Below, piece by piece: positions 1 to 10,236 of a stretch of 64,000 nucleotides of DNA; within the stretch, counting starts at the first letter, position 1, and the number at the start of each line of letters is the position of its first letter. The notes beneath the pieces are model-generated. The model was not told the DNA's origin and ran no database searches. It saw only the letters and a list, made by a program, of their open reading frames with translations. This DNA is from Bdellovibrionota bacterium (GTDB lineage Bacteria; Bdellovibrionota_C; UBA2361; OMII01), in assembly GCA_044345405.1 (NCBI GenBank), contig JBIJBE010000015.1:1-64000 (forward strand), in the 5' to 3' direction. A program made the translations under genes and the position numbers.

Positions 1-1
1 G

Positions 2-2345
2 GTTACACCGACTCATACGCCAACCGAGACACCGACAAATACTCCAACGGCGACGCCAACCGAAACTCCAACGCAAACACCAACTGAAACTGCAACGAAT
101 ACTCCAACAGAGACGCCAACGACTACGCCGACCGAGACACCGACAAATACTCCAACGGCGACGCCAACCGAAACTCCAACGCAGACGCCGACTGAAACTG
201 CAACGAATACTCCAACAGAGACGCCAACGACTACGCCAACCGAGACACCGACAAATACTCCAACGGCGACGCCAACCGAAACTCCAACGCAAACGCCAAC
301 TGAAACTGCAACGAATACACCAACGGAGACGCCAACGACTACGCCGACCGAGACACCGACAAATACTCCAACGGCGACGCCGACTGAAACTCCAACGCAA
401 ACACCGACTGAAACCGCAACGAATACACCGACGGAGACGCCAACGACTACGCCGACCGACACACCGACGCTAACACCGACGGGTACACCGACTCATACGC
501 CAACCGAGACACCGACAAATACTCCAACGGAGACGCCGACTGAAACTCCAACGCAAACGCCAACTGAAACCGCAACGAATTCGCCGACTCATACTCCGAC
601 CGAGACGCCGACAAATACTCCAACGGTGACGCCGACCGAAACTTCAACGCTAACGCCGACTGAAACCGCAACGAGTACACCAACGGAAACACCGACTCAT
701 ACTCCGACCGAGACGCCAACGACTACGCCGACCGAAACACCGACAAATACTCCAACGGAGACACCAACCGAAACTCCAACGCTAACACCAACTGAAACCG
801 CAACGAATACTCCAACGGAGACGCCAACGACTACGCCGACCGAGACAGCGACAAATACTCCAACGGCGACGCCAACCGAAACTCCAACGCAAACACCGAC
901 TGAAACTGCAACGAATACACCAACGGAAACACCAACCAATACTCCGACCGAGACGCCAACGACTACGCCGACTGAGACACCAACAAATACTCTAACGGCG
1001 ACGCCGACTGAAACTCCAACGCAAACGCCAACTGAGACTGCAACGAATACACCAACGGAAACACCAACTATTACTCCGACTGAGACGCAGACGATTACAC
1101 CGACCGAGACACCGACGGGAACCCCGACTGATACTCCAACCGAGACGCCAACGACTACGCCGACCGGTACATCGACTGAGACACCGACTCATACCCCAAC
1201 CGAGACACCGACAAATACCCCAACGGCGACGCCGACTGAAACTCCAACGCAAACACCGACTGAAACCGCAACGAATACGCCGACGGAAACACCGACTCAT
1301 ACGCCGACCGACACACCAACGACTACGCCGACCGACACACCGACGGTAACACCGACTCATACCCCAACCGAGACACCAACAAATACCCCAACGGCAACCC
1401 CGACTGAAACTCCAACGCAAACACCGACTGAATCTGCAACGAATACGCCGACGGAAACACCGACTCATACTCCGACCGAGACACCAACGACTACGCCGAC
1501 CGACACACCGACAAATACCCCAACGGCGACGCCGACTGAAACTCCAACGCAAACGCCGACTGAAACCGCAACGAATACACCGACGGGAACCCCGACTGAT
1601 ACTCCGACCGAGACGCCAACGATTACGCCAACCGAGACACCGACAAATCCTCCAACGCAAACGCCGACGGAGACGTCAACAGCGACTCCAACAGAAGTTC
1701 CAACCGAGACCCCAACGGAGACCTCGACGGAAACACCGACATCCACGCCGACCGAGACACCAACGTCTACGCCGACAGAGACTACAACAATCACTCCAAC
1801 CAACTCGCCAACGGAAACGCCGACGGGAACACCCACAGAGACCCCGACAGAGACCCCGACGGAGACCGCTACCATAACGCCGACCGATACGCCGACCGAA
1901 ACCCCGACCGTGACGCCGACCCTCACGCCGACTGACACTCCGACACAAACTCCGACAGATTCACCAACCGTGACCCGTACGGAGACGCCGACTGAGACAC
2001 CAACTGTGTCTCCGACCGGAACCCCAACGGAGACGCCAACGGAGACACCGACTATCACACCGACTGAGACTCCAACAAATACTCCAACGGAGACGGTAAC
2101 GGAGACGCCTACAGAAACACCAACAGAAACTCCAACGCAGACACCAACTCTTACTCCGACGACGACGCCGACTTTCACTCCAACGTGGACGCCAACGGTA
2201 ACCCCGACAAATACGCCAACCTATACATCAACCCAAACGCCAACGGTAACGGTGACGCCAACGGTAACGGTTACGCCAACGATCACACCAACGCCAACAA
2301 TCACGAATACGTCGACCTCCACCCCAACGGTGACACCAACGCCGC
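2..2345 (+). repeat. Coding tandem repeat: 12-bp TPTx units organised in a 108-bp (36 aa) higher-order unit at the 5' end
   Basis: accgagacaccgacaaatactcc recurs at 23, 131, 239, 347 (108-bp period); progressively degenerate toward 2345. Confidence 0.95.
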
Positions 2346-3298
2346 CGATATCCCATATTACCTTCACCCTCTTGATCGCAAATACTCCGGTGGCTGGAGC
2401 TCCTGTACTGGTCAACGCTGATATGAGAATGACCGACGCAAACGGGCGATTCTCGGCAAGTCTAGAGAATAGTACCTTGTACACGATCACCTCCGGATTG
2501 GAGGCGATATCTTTCACGCCGCTCTACGAGACAGGGGGACAGTTTGCCGCTCGAAGCCCTGTCACGATCGAGGCTACGCGGCTTATCAGCCAGGCGGACG
2601 ACCCATGCAGGCTCGTAATCGGTGGAACGCCACATATCTACTTCTCCGCTACAAACTCGACCGATAGAGCTCTGACAGTGCCTCTGACGTACACAGAGCT
2701 CAATGCAATCTACTCGGCAACTGGTGAGGCTATCCCAGCGGAGAGCTTTTCTCCTGGCACCAGTGGGTTCTCGGTACCAGAGAATTACTTCACTGCAGGA
2801 ACCTCTCTAACAGGTGTATGGAAGTTCCTTGGTCAAGATATAACGGTCACCAGCGACCTCCAGGTTTGTACTGACCGTGGAGTCCCAGGTTCCTGTGACA
2901 TACTAGATCCAGCTCAATTGCGAAGTCCCTTCGAATATACTCGTAGAGTAATTTTAAAACTGACCAGATTGGCGATTGAGGCTGCGCGTGCTGGAAGGTG
3001 GCGGGCTGCAAATAGCAATTATAGTGTTCCATTCCTCGCGCGAGGCGCGAAAGCTCTGGTTGCGATGGAGAGGGCATTCCGAGACAGTAAGTCACAAAAC
3101 TTTGTGTGCGAGATCGTGCCTAAATCATGCACCTTGAAGCGAATACCTAAGGGTAAGCTCCGCAGGGCCTTTGCGCACCTCTTCGCCGGAACAGTGCCAC
3201 GAGGCTTGGAACACATCTCTAGGCTTTCGAGGCGAGAGATCTCTCTCTTCCAAAACGAATTGAGCAAACTACCTGATGAGTACGTAACCTGTGAGTAG
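2..3298 (+). CDS. Large Thr-Pro repeat (mucin-like) surface/secreted protein, 5'-truncated by the window edge, with a non-repetitive Cys-containing C-terminal region
   Basis: Frame of ORF 626..3298 reads open from base 2 ([11 protein letters not shown]...); ([12 protein letters not shown])n to ~2345, then ~315 aa globular C-terminus ending [12 protein letters not shown]. Confidence 0.85.
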   Translation, partial: VTPTHTPTETPTNTPTATPTETPTQTPTETATNTPTETPTTTPTETPTNTPTATPTETPTQTPTETATNTPTETPTTTPTETPTNTPTATPTETPTQTPTETATNTPTETPTTTPTETPTNTPTATPTETPTQTPTETATNTPTETPTTTPTDTPTLTPTGTPTHTPTETPTNTPTETPTETPTQTPTETATNSPTHTPTETPTNTPTVTPTETSTLTPTETATSTPTETPTHTPTETPTTTPTETPTNTPTETPTETPTLTPTETATNTPTETPTTTPTETATNTPTATPTETPTQTPTETATNTPTETPTNTPTETPTTTPTETPTNTLTATPTETPTQTPTETATNTPTETPTITPTETQTITPTETPTGTPTDTPTETPTTTPTGTSTETPTHTPTETPTNTPTATPTETPTQTPTETATNTPTETPTHTPTDTPTTTPTDTPTVTPTHTPTETPTNTPTATPTETPTQTPTESATNTPTETPTHTPTETPTTTPTDTPTNTPTATPTETPTQTPTETATNTPTGTPTDTPTETPTITPTETPTNPPTQTPTETSTATPTEVPTETPTETSTETPTSTPTETPTSTPTETTTITPTNSPTETPTGTPTETPTETPTETATITPTDTPTETPTVTPTLTPTDTPTQTPTDSPTVTRTETPTETPTVSPTGTPTETPTETPTITPTETPTNTPTETVTETPTETPTETPTQTPTLTPTTTPTFTPTWTPTVTPTNTPTYTSTQTPTVTVTPTVTVTPTITPTPTITNTSTSTPTVTPTPPISHITFTLLIANTPVAGAPVLVNADMRMTDANGRFSASLENSTLYTITSGLEAISFTPLYETGGQFAARSPVTIEATRLISQADDPCRLVIGGTPHIYFSATNSTDRALTVPLTYTELNAIYSATGEAIPAESFSPGTSGFSVPENYFTAGTSLTGVWKFLGQDITVTSDLQVCTDRGVPGSCDILDPAQLRSPFEYTRRVILKLTRLAIEAARAGRWRAANSNYSVPFLARGAKALVAMERAFRDSKSQNFVCEIVPKSCTLKRIPKGKLRRAFAHLFAGTVPRGLEHISRLSRREISLFQNELSKLPDEYVTCE

Positions 3299-3567
3299 TG
3301 AAAACCTCATATCATCTTCGAGAAATGTGAGGCAAAATGAGTCCTCGTACCGACCCATGAGGTGCGGAGAGTTTCCGTGGCCAGGCCGGCAAAACACCTC
3401 CCTGATTTAAAAGGGATCTTTGAGTCTCTCCGCCAAGGCCTCTGGTACACCCTACCTCTCAAAAGCAGGCGAAGTTGTCGATATCGCCGGGTAGCTGAAA
3501 TTATTTCGGATATGCGCTGCGGTGCTCGGACGGCTTCGATAAAGTAGGGTGCACCAGAGGATTGGCT

Positions 3568-4083
3568 CTACTTCACCCGCCTCTCCCGCAGCTCATGAAG
3601 GTCCACGACCAATAACGCCCCCTCATGGGTTGCTTCGAGAATCACTTGAGGTGCAACTCCCGCATCGTAAGCCTCCTTCCAGCGGGAGACGCAGAGGCAC
3701 CACTTATCACCACTCTTCAGGCCGGGGAAGTTAAAGTGTGGAGCTGGAGTGGAGAGGTCGTTGCCGCGACTCTTAGTAAAGGTAAGAAACTCCTCGGTCA
3801 TCACCGCGCACACGGTGTGACTACCACGATCGCGCTCCCCGGTCTCACAAAATCCATCACGATAGAATCCGGTCATCGGATTACACCCGCACTGTTGTAG
3901 GGGTTGACCTAGCACGTTCTTGCTCTCAGATCCCTCTCTCTTCTCCATCCTGGTCCCCCCACTTGGGCGCTCACACTGCTGACCCATCGCCTCAGGCGTA
4001 AGGACACACGTGGCGATTCCAGCCACGATACTCTGGATCACAAAATGTGAAACCGAAACTCGCTCTCGGATATTCAATATCAT
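3568..4083 (-). CDS. DUF2237 family protein (alternative start at 3948)
   Basis: NVLGQPLQQCGCNPMTGFYRDGFC...HTVCAVMTEEFL...GNDLSTP...PGLKSGDKWCLCVSRW signature. Confidence 0.85.
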   Translation of the reverse strand: MILNIRERVSVSHFVIQSIVAGIATCVLTPEAMGQQCERPSGGTRMEKREGSESKNVLGQPLQQCGCNPMTGFYRDGFCETGERDRGSHTVCAVMTEEFLTFTKSRGNDLSTPAPHFNFPGLKSGDKWCLCVSRWKEAYDAGVAPQVILEATHEGALLVVDLHELRERRVK

Positions 4084-4126
4084 GAATCTGAAAATATACG
4101 CTGCCCCTCTTGTTCTTGCCCAACTA

Positions 4127-4309
4127 TTTCTCTCAGAGACCGCGCGGCAACCGCATCTGTAGCCTTTGATTTCAAGTCAGACAAAATTGCTCAGACAATG
4201 AGGAAATCAGCTTTGTGATGAACACGCGCTGGGATACTTAGGCTCGCCTTCAGCATATTTTGAAAACATACTACCCATGGGACCTCTCCGCGCGGTCCCT
4301 GAGAGGAAA
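4127..4309 (-). ncRNA. Candidate structured ncRNA, 6S RNA-like 183-nt rod
   Basis: Terminal inverted arms 4127-4147 and 4288-4309 with nested internal pairings; the single arm mismatch is G-U on the minus strand; not verified with a covariance model. Confidence 0.35.
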
Positions 4310-4561
4310 ATGTAAGACAGCCTCTTACAGATCCGCAAAGAAACGTTTTGTCCTGCTTGAATCCCTACCCAAAATAGGAACCTGCCCGGGCGCTTCGATT
4401 ATCTCTCCTGCCTCTGCAGCAATTGAGAGCTAAGGTATCGTTCTATCTAAACAAATACCCCCGTGCGGTCCCATCTGCTTGATCTTCGCGGAACAAGCAG
4501 TCATATAAAACACCTTCTCACTATCATTCACTCCCATTTTGGATGGCTCGGAGGAACGACG

Positions 4562-5017
4562 ATGACACACACAGCACCGACACAACCGAAGCACCATGCT
4601 CGCACAGCCAGTCTTGCCGATCTCGTCCTGCCGAGCCGGGTAACCCTTGAGCAAGGCGCAACCGTAGACGCTTTGCATGCGGGGCTCCACAGCATCCTTG
4701 TTCAGTGGGCTCATGGGAAAAGCGTGTTTGGTTGGTTACGTTCCATGGGCGGGCAGCACGTTGAGGTTCGAGTGCGAGACGGAAGTGATGAGGATTCTAG
4801 TGCTCTGATATTCTCGATCGTTCAATTATCTGAGAACCGCATTACACAGGAATTTCGGGTCTCGACGGAGGGACGAGGGCTTCTTGGACAGATCAATTCC
4901 CGAGACACCAGGATATTTGCCCCCTTTCGAGCCCCTCGCGAGATGTGGACATGGAGTGACCTAAAGGACTTCATTGAGGAGCAAGCCACGCTTTCTCTCC
5001 CTACTTCCAGATCTTAG
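4562..5017 (+). CDS. Hypothetical protein
   Basis: ATG at 4562 preceded by GGAGG; in frame with ORF 4463..5017; no family recognised. Confidence 0.6.
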   Translation: MTHTAPTQPKHHARTASLADLVLPSRVTLEQGATVDALHAGLHSILVQWAHGKSVFGWLRSMGGQHVEVRVRDGSDEDSSALIFSIVQLSENRITQEFRVSTEGRGLLGQINSRDTRIFAPFRAPREMWTWSDLKDFIEEQATLSLPTSRS

Positions 5018-5112
5018 AACTTTAAAACTTTACAGGTTGCACACGCGCGATAGTTACAACCAGGGGGGCCTGCAACTTTCGTCTCGCAGTAACCGATGCT
5101 ATATCCTGCCCC

Positions 5113-6342
5113 ATGAAACTCCTCTGGATCGGCACGGTTTGGCCTGAGCCCGACGCAAGCGCGGCGGGTAGTCGCACCGTACGCTTACTTGAAGCGTGCC
5201 AGGAAGCGGGATACGAGATCCGCTTCGTTTCGCCGTGCCAAGAAAACTCTCACCAGAAAGCGCTTGAAGATATCGGTATTCGCACCGCTCGATATCAAGC
5301 AAACGACAGTGCGTTTGACGCCTTCATCTGTGACTATCATCCGGATATCGTATGTTTTGACCGATTCATGATCGAGGAGCAGTTTAGCTGGCGGGTGCGA
5401 GAGCATGTACCTGAGGCTGTTCGGGTTCTTGATACGGTCGATCTTCACTCACTACGGCGGGCACGGCAGCGATCGCTTACATCCCAAGAGGCATCACACG
5501 CCGCATCTCTTAGTGACGACACCCTACGCGAGCTGGCGGCTATTTACCGTAGCGATCTCTCTCTTATCATCTCTAGCGAGGAGGCATCCCTTCTTACCGA
5601 ACACTTTGGTGTGCCAGCCGCGCTCCTTGAAACTATTGGCTTTCTCTATCCTCCCCCTCCTCCCTTTCAACCATGGGAGGACCGCTCCAATGTGGTATTT
5701 ATCGGCAACGGATTCCACGAACCAAACCTCGACGCGATACGACTTCTCAAACGCACGCTCTGGAAAGAGACGCGCGCCGCTCTCGCTGCGAAAGGAGTGC
5801 CGAACGCGGAGCTCCACATCTACGGCGCCTATCTTCCTCAAGAGGTCATACAGTTCGACAATCCCCGTGATGGATTTCGAGTCATGGGCAAAGCCACGGA
5901 TGTCTACGAAACGTTACGTTCCTACCGATGCAATCTAGCCCCATTACGATTCGGCGCGGGGTTAAAGGGAAAGGTAAGCGATGGATGGATGGTTGGGACA
6001 CCGTGCGTGGCAACACCGATTGCCGCGGAAGGGATGATGCTCGGTAAGCGCTTCGGCGGCCTCATAGTGGAAGACCTCGAAAAGTATCCTACCCAGGTAG
6101 CCGCTCTTTATACGGATCAAGATGCGTGGAATAAGGCTCAAGAGAGCGGAAGAGAGATTCTTAGCGCCCTATTCTCCCAAGCGCAGAACACAAAAGCCCT
6201 TCAAGAGCGACTGAACACCCTCACACAAGAGAAGGCACGCCATCGCGAGCGAAACATCGTAGGGGCTCTTCTGTGGTATCACGGACTACGCAGCACCGAA
6301 TACTTCTCCCGGTGGATCGAGTGTAAGAATCGAAAGTCCTAG
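5113..6342 (+). CDS. Glycosyltransferase, GT4-like (GT-B fold)
   Basis: WPEPDASAAG N-terminus, DRFMIEEQF, FIGNGFHEPN, APLRFGAGLKGKV..GTPCVATPIAAEGM. Confidence 0.85.
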   Translation: MKLLWIGTVWPEPDASAAGSRTVRLLEACQEAGYEIRFVSPCQENSHQKALEDIGIRTARYQANDSAFDAFICDYHPDIVCFDRFMIEEQFSWRVREHVPEAVRVLDTVDLHSLRRARQRSLTSQEASHAASLSDDTLRELAAIYRSDLSLIISSEEASLLTEHFGVPAALLETIGFLYPPPPPFQPWEDRSNVVFIGNGFHEPNLDAIRLLKRTLWKETRAALAAKGVPNAELHIYGAYLPQEVIQFDNPRDGFRVMGKATDVYETLRSYRCNLAPLRFGAGLKGKVSDGWMVGTPCVATPIAAEGMMLGKRFGGLIVEDLEKYPTQVAALYTDQDAWNKAQESGREILSALFSQAQNTKALQERLNTLTQEKARHRERNIVGALLWYHGLRSTEYFSRWIECKNRKS

Positions 6343-6348
6343 CGAACA

Positions 6349-6819
6349 CTACTCGCGTTGAGTGTCGTCGACTTGAAACTTCACCACGAGTCTAACCATA
6401 TCACGGCATCGAATTCCGTTTTCCACTATCTCCTCAGCATAGTTTTGAGAGAAGAAGTCCGTCACAATCTCAACCATTCGAAATCCCATCCTCTGATAGA
6501 GGCCGAGCTGCTGAATACTAGAGTTACCGGTACCTACCCACACCTCCTGAGCGCCCCGAGCCTGGCAGAGGTCGAGCGACGCTCTCAGAAGCGCCTTTCC
6601 GAGCCCCCTGCCCTGATAGTTCGGCGAGACGGCGATGTTCTTTATCTCCCAAGAGGACTCCGAAAGGGGCGCAAGCACCACAACCCCGCGAACCTCTCCT
6701 TCTTCCAGCCACCCAAAAACAAGACCGTGCTTCAGGTACTCCTCCACGAGCGGTCGAGCAGGATCCGCTAAAAGCAAGAGATCCCACGGGTATTGATGAG
6801 GCGGAATCGGGACTATCAT
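6349..6819 (-). CDS. GNAT family N-acetyltransferase
   Basis: LLLLADP, EIKNIAV..YQGRGLGKALL, VGTGNSSIQQLGLYQRMGF. Confidence 0.9.
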   Translation of the reverse strand: MIVPIPPHQYPWDLLLLADPARPLVEEYLKHGLVFGWLEEGEVRGVVVLAPLSESSWEIKNIAVSPNYQGRGLGKALLRASLDLCQARGAQEVWVGTGNSSIQQLGLYQRMGFRMVEIVTDFFSQNYAEEIVENGIRCRDMVRLVVKFQVDDTQRE

Positions 6820-6976
6820 CGCAATCCTACGTGTCTCTATGGCTCATTGCTCTCGACGAAAAAACTTGTATCAGACTCGACCTTCCCACTTTTGCCGAGG
6901 GCAGACAACGTGACAAGATCCCACCCAACGAGTTGCCATACGACACAAAAAACGTTGGGCCAGACTCGGTGCGTTG

Positions 6977-7771
6977 TTACGACCCAACCGCCTGGTCCCG
7001 CAGATGTTGCAAATGCGTCCGCATCGCGTCGGTAAGATCCGCGGTCCGGTCGGACTCACCTGCCCCTGATAAGGTCTTACACACCTGCGAGACCGTTCCA
7101 CTGCACGCGATCTCTCCGTGCTGCAACACGATAACGGTATCAGCTAGCCGCTCCATGACATCCATGCGGTGCGATGAGATCATGAAACTTCGATGGCTAC
7201 GCTCCTGCTCAACGATCTCCATCAGATCATTAGTCCGTTGAACATCCAATCCGTCAAATGGTTCGTCGAAGAGAAAGAGAGCGGGGTCCCCCATGAATCC
7301 AAGAGCGGTTTGAACACGTCGACGTTGCCCTTTTGAGAGCTCCCTTCCCTTCTTCTTCAAAAGCTCCGCGATGCTCAGCAACTCAACGTATTTTGACCCG
7401 GCCGTTCGGTAGTACCGCGCGTCGTTCCGGGTTATTCGGCACCAGCACTCAAGGTACCGTTCAACTGTGATGTCGGCGAATATCGCGCCGTTCTCGGGGC
7501 AAAAGGCCATGTCCCGCTCCGGCTTGAGGATCGATCCATCACCTTTAGTGAACGAAACATGTCCAGATAGTGGCTCGAGCAAGCCAAGCACCGTCTTAAG
7601 AAGGGTCGACTTTCCAGCTCCGTTATGTCCCAAGAGTGCGATGACACTGCCCGAGCATTCCAGCTTTGGAATGTCGAGAGCGACGAGATCGGAGTACCTC
7701 ACGACAAGATTGTGAGCGCGAACTGAGACACCTGTGTTCGTCATACTTCCTCCAAATGCGCCGCGAACCAC
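6977..7771 (-). CDS. ABC transporter ATP-binding protein (probable start 7744)
   Basis: Walker A GHNGAGKS, signature LSKGQ, Walker B FLFDEP, SSH switch. Confidence 0.9.
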   Translation of the reverse strand: MVRGAFGGSMTNTGVSVRAHNLVVRYSDLVALDIPKLECSGSVIALLGHNGAGKSTLLKTVLGLLEPLSGHVSFTKGDGSILKPERDMAFCPENGAIFADITVERYLECWCRITRNDARYYRTAGSKYVELLSIAELLKKKGRELSKGQRRRVQTALGFMGDPALFLFDEPFDGLDVQRTNDLMEIVEQERSHRSFMISSHRMDVMERLADTVIVLQHGEIACSGTVSQVCKTLSGAGESDRTADLTDAMRTHLQHLRDQAVGS

Positions 7772-9024
7772 CGTGCGTTACGTTTGAGAAGCCACGTCAA
7801 CCCGATCATGGCGAGTACCGCGTGAGTCATCATCGGTAGATAGGGTAGTCCGGTGACGGGGGCGACCAGAATGGGCGCGATCCCGATAATCGGCAGCGCT
7901 GATACGATCAGTCTAAAAACACCGCAGGCATGGAGCGGCATGATGAAGGACGCTCCCCACGCCAGCGCGCCTATGAACGCGCCGAGGAGGGGCAGAAAAC
8001 GATATGAGACACTCAGAAGGCTGTGGCGATGCTTCAGCTCCGCGATCGACGCGATAACCGTCGCGAGACCGAGAGCTGATACCAGAGCGACAAGCCATGC
8101 CGCCCCATGAGCAAGAGAGAACGATAGGTCCACACCCACATTACTTGAGAAGATGTCGTCGAGCCCCAAGTACATCAAGGGAATAGAGGCCCCGAGGAAA
8201 CATCCAACCCGAAAGAGGGTCAAAATCCAGATCGCACTGTAGAATGTCTGCTTACCACACGCAGCGGCGAGAGGAAGAAGTACGTCGTTGCGAGAGAAAT
8301 AATCGAGAACCTTGCGATGCGCTTTAAGCGCTAGCCAGAGCGCTATCACGACCAGCAACGCAATATTGGTGGTGATCGGTAACGTACCTTTTAAAGATGA
8401 GATACCGATAGCGTCGGATATCTCTGGAATGTGCATCGATATCGAACCCAGCGAGCGTTGAATCTCGTCGTAAGCCTCTTTAACAGCGGTTCGTTGGTCG
8501 GCGACCTCTTTGTTAGAGTACGGGAGAAAAAGAATGCTCAAGCCAAACACGCTATGAGCCTTTGAGGTGATTTCTCCATTCATACTGGGTGTAATCACGA
8601 CGTCCGGCTGACAACTTCTACAAACGTGAAGTCTATCGATGTGCCCCTCAAAAAGCTTTTGGAAACGGGAGACATCAAATGATTCGGGATTATCAACGTG
8701 TATCGCCACATCGAGTCGGTCTGGCGCGCAGCCCTCAGCGAGAGGGGCCTCAACGCCTTGAGAATTAACTCCCCATCGACACACCGTGAGCGGCCCACGC
8801 AGGTCTCCTGAGCCATAGATCATCCATCGAATTGGGTTCGTATCAGAGACCTTGGCGGCCACAACGGCGCGGCCCGTTGTACTCATCAACTGAACCGCGG
8901 CGCCAGTGGCAAGCAGTTGGACGACAACGATGCCGAGACTAAGGATAAGGGGAACAGCGAAAAGCGAGAGGGCAAGGTGAGGTATTCGAAGAAGAGCTGC
9001 GGCGATGCGGAAGGAACGACCCAT
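7741..9024 (-). CDS. Multi-pass membrane protein, probable ABC exporter permease
   Basis: N-terminal TM, large Cys-containing loop, ~6 C-terminal hydrophobic segments; stop overlaps the ATPase start. Confidence 0.7.
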   Translation of the reverse strand: MGRSFRIAAALLRIPHLALSLFAVPLILSLGIVVVQLLATGAAVQLMSTTGRAVVAAKVSDTNPIRWMIYGSGDLRGPLTVCRWGVNSQGVEAPLAEGCAPDRLDVAIHVDNPESFDVSRFQKLFEGHIDRLHVCRSCQPDVVITPSMNGEITSKAHSVFGLSILFLPYSNKEVADQRTAVKEAYDEIQRSLGSISMHIPEISDAIGISSLKGTLPITTNIALLVVIALWLALKAHRKVLDYFSRNDVLLPLAAACGKQTFYSAIWILTLFRVGCFLGASIPLMYLGLDDIFSSNVGVDLSFSLAHGAAWLVALVSALGLATVIASIAELKHRHSLLSVSYRFLPLLGAFIGALAWGASFIMPLHACGVFRLIVSALPIIGIAPILVAPVTGLPYLPMMTHAVLAMIGLTWLLKRNARWFAAHLEEV

Positions 9025-9512
9025 GTGACAAAACCCTACAAGATATCCGGTAAACGTGCCTTGAAGCGTACTACCGCGAGCTAGAAACGTTATGAAGAAA
9101 CGTGAGGTGAGAGCATCCTAAAAGGCCCTTCTTTCTGCTGTTTGAAAATTGTTGCGATCAACCTGAATCCGTTTCGGATTGATTATAACCGCGCCTCCCC
9201 AGGACTCCCTCGGATGATAACACTACCGCGTAAACGGATCTGAGATCGCTGTCGGATTCTGCCTCCGCGTGAACACCAACGTATCATTATGACCGACGTC
9301 AGCCCCTTCGATCCGTTAAGAGGACGAATCGCCTGAGATGACTATCGAGCCCAGGGGCAAAGACCGCGTGCCATCACGATACCCCGCTATGACCGTAGTT
9401 TTGTGGGTCGGTGATGTTCACGGGAGGGGGAAATTCGCCATGACCATACCAAAATCAGCGCGTTAGAGCCAAATGTCACACACTCGGAAACTAGCGTCAT
9501 AACAGGGGCGCC

Positions 9513-10202
9513 ATGGAGCCAATCACTTCCTCCAACCAAGGTTTCGCTTCGCCAGCCCCGCGCTCCGTGCCTGAGCCTGTTGCCCCTCCTCGACAACCCC
9601 AGGATGAGGTCCTGGCCTATCGTTTGATAACCACCTACTACATCGATGACGGTAGCAGGAATTTTGAGCCTGCAAGGAAGAATATCCTCCAACACCTCGA
9701 CCGTCTTAGAGCCGCATATCCGGATTTAGAGGAGCTCCACGGCAAAAGAATTCTCGACGTAGCATGCGGAGCTCGAGGATATAGCGGAAACCGATCAGAC
9801 GGAAACGGAGACGCCTCTACAGTACGATTCGATCCGTGGATGTCCCGTCTTCTCTTGTCTTTAGGGGCTCATCCGATCGGGATTGATATCTGTCGACAAC
9901 TCAATGAGCGGTTCGAATCGGTCGAGATCGATCTTACGCGAAAGAATGCTCTAGCGACCCTTCCGAGTGGTTCCTTCGACGCCTTTTATATTAGTGCGTT
10001 CCCAACAACCCATGCGATTCAAAAGTTTCTATCAGAGGGCCGAACGTGGCTAGAGGTTAGGGATGATATCCTTTCGCACCTCCAACGTAGCTTAAAAGAG
10101 GATGGAAAGATTATTAGACCCTTCACAGAGAAGACGGAGAGTTTCGTACAAGGTTTCTTAAGCAAACACCAATCGCTGACGTGCAACGAAGACGAACTTT
10201 AG
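9513..10202 (+). CDS. Hypothetical protein with class I SAM-methyltransferase-like motif
   Basis: RILDVACGARG motif I, IGIDI motif II, GSFD. Confidence 0.6.
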   Translation: MEPITSSNQGFASPAPRSVPEPVAPPRQPQDEVLAYRLITTYYIDDGSRNFEPARKNILQHLDRLRAAYPDLEELHGKRILDVACGARGYSGNRSDGNGDASTVRFDPWMSRLLLSLGAHPIGIDICRQLNERFESVEIDLTRKNALATLPSGSFDAFYISAFPTTHAIQKFLSEGRTWLEVRDDILSHLQRSLKEDGKIIRPFTEKTESFVQGFLSKHQSLTCNEDEL

Positions 10203-10236
10203 GAAAAAAGTGGGAAAGTCGTGTCTGGCACTAAAT

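Noticed and set aside
2-2345. Regular repeats as a CRISPR array
   Set aside because: Contiguous in-frame coding repeats with no unique spacers and no cas genes
13-2517. Val/Gly-rich and Arg/Cys-rich minus-strand ORFs (VGVSVGV..., RCLGW...)
   Set aside because: Antisense shadows of the Thr-Pro repeat; the plus frame continues into a globular domain
3272-3345. CTGATGA...GAAA suggesting a hammerhead ribozyme
   Set aside because: Stem II does not pair properly and the motif lies in the coding end (LPDEYVTCE)
9905-9925. GGTTCGAATC T-loop-like motif suggesting a tRNA
   Set aside because: Inside a CDS, with no cloverleaf or acceptor stem
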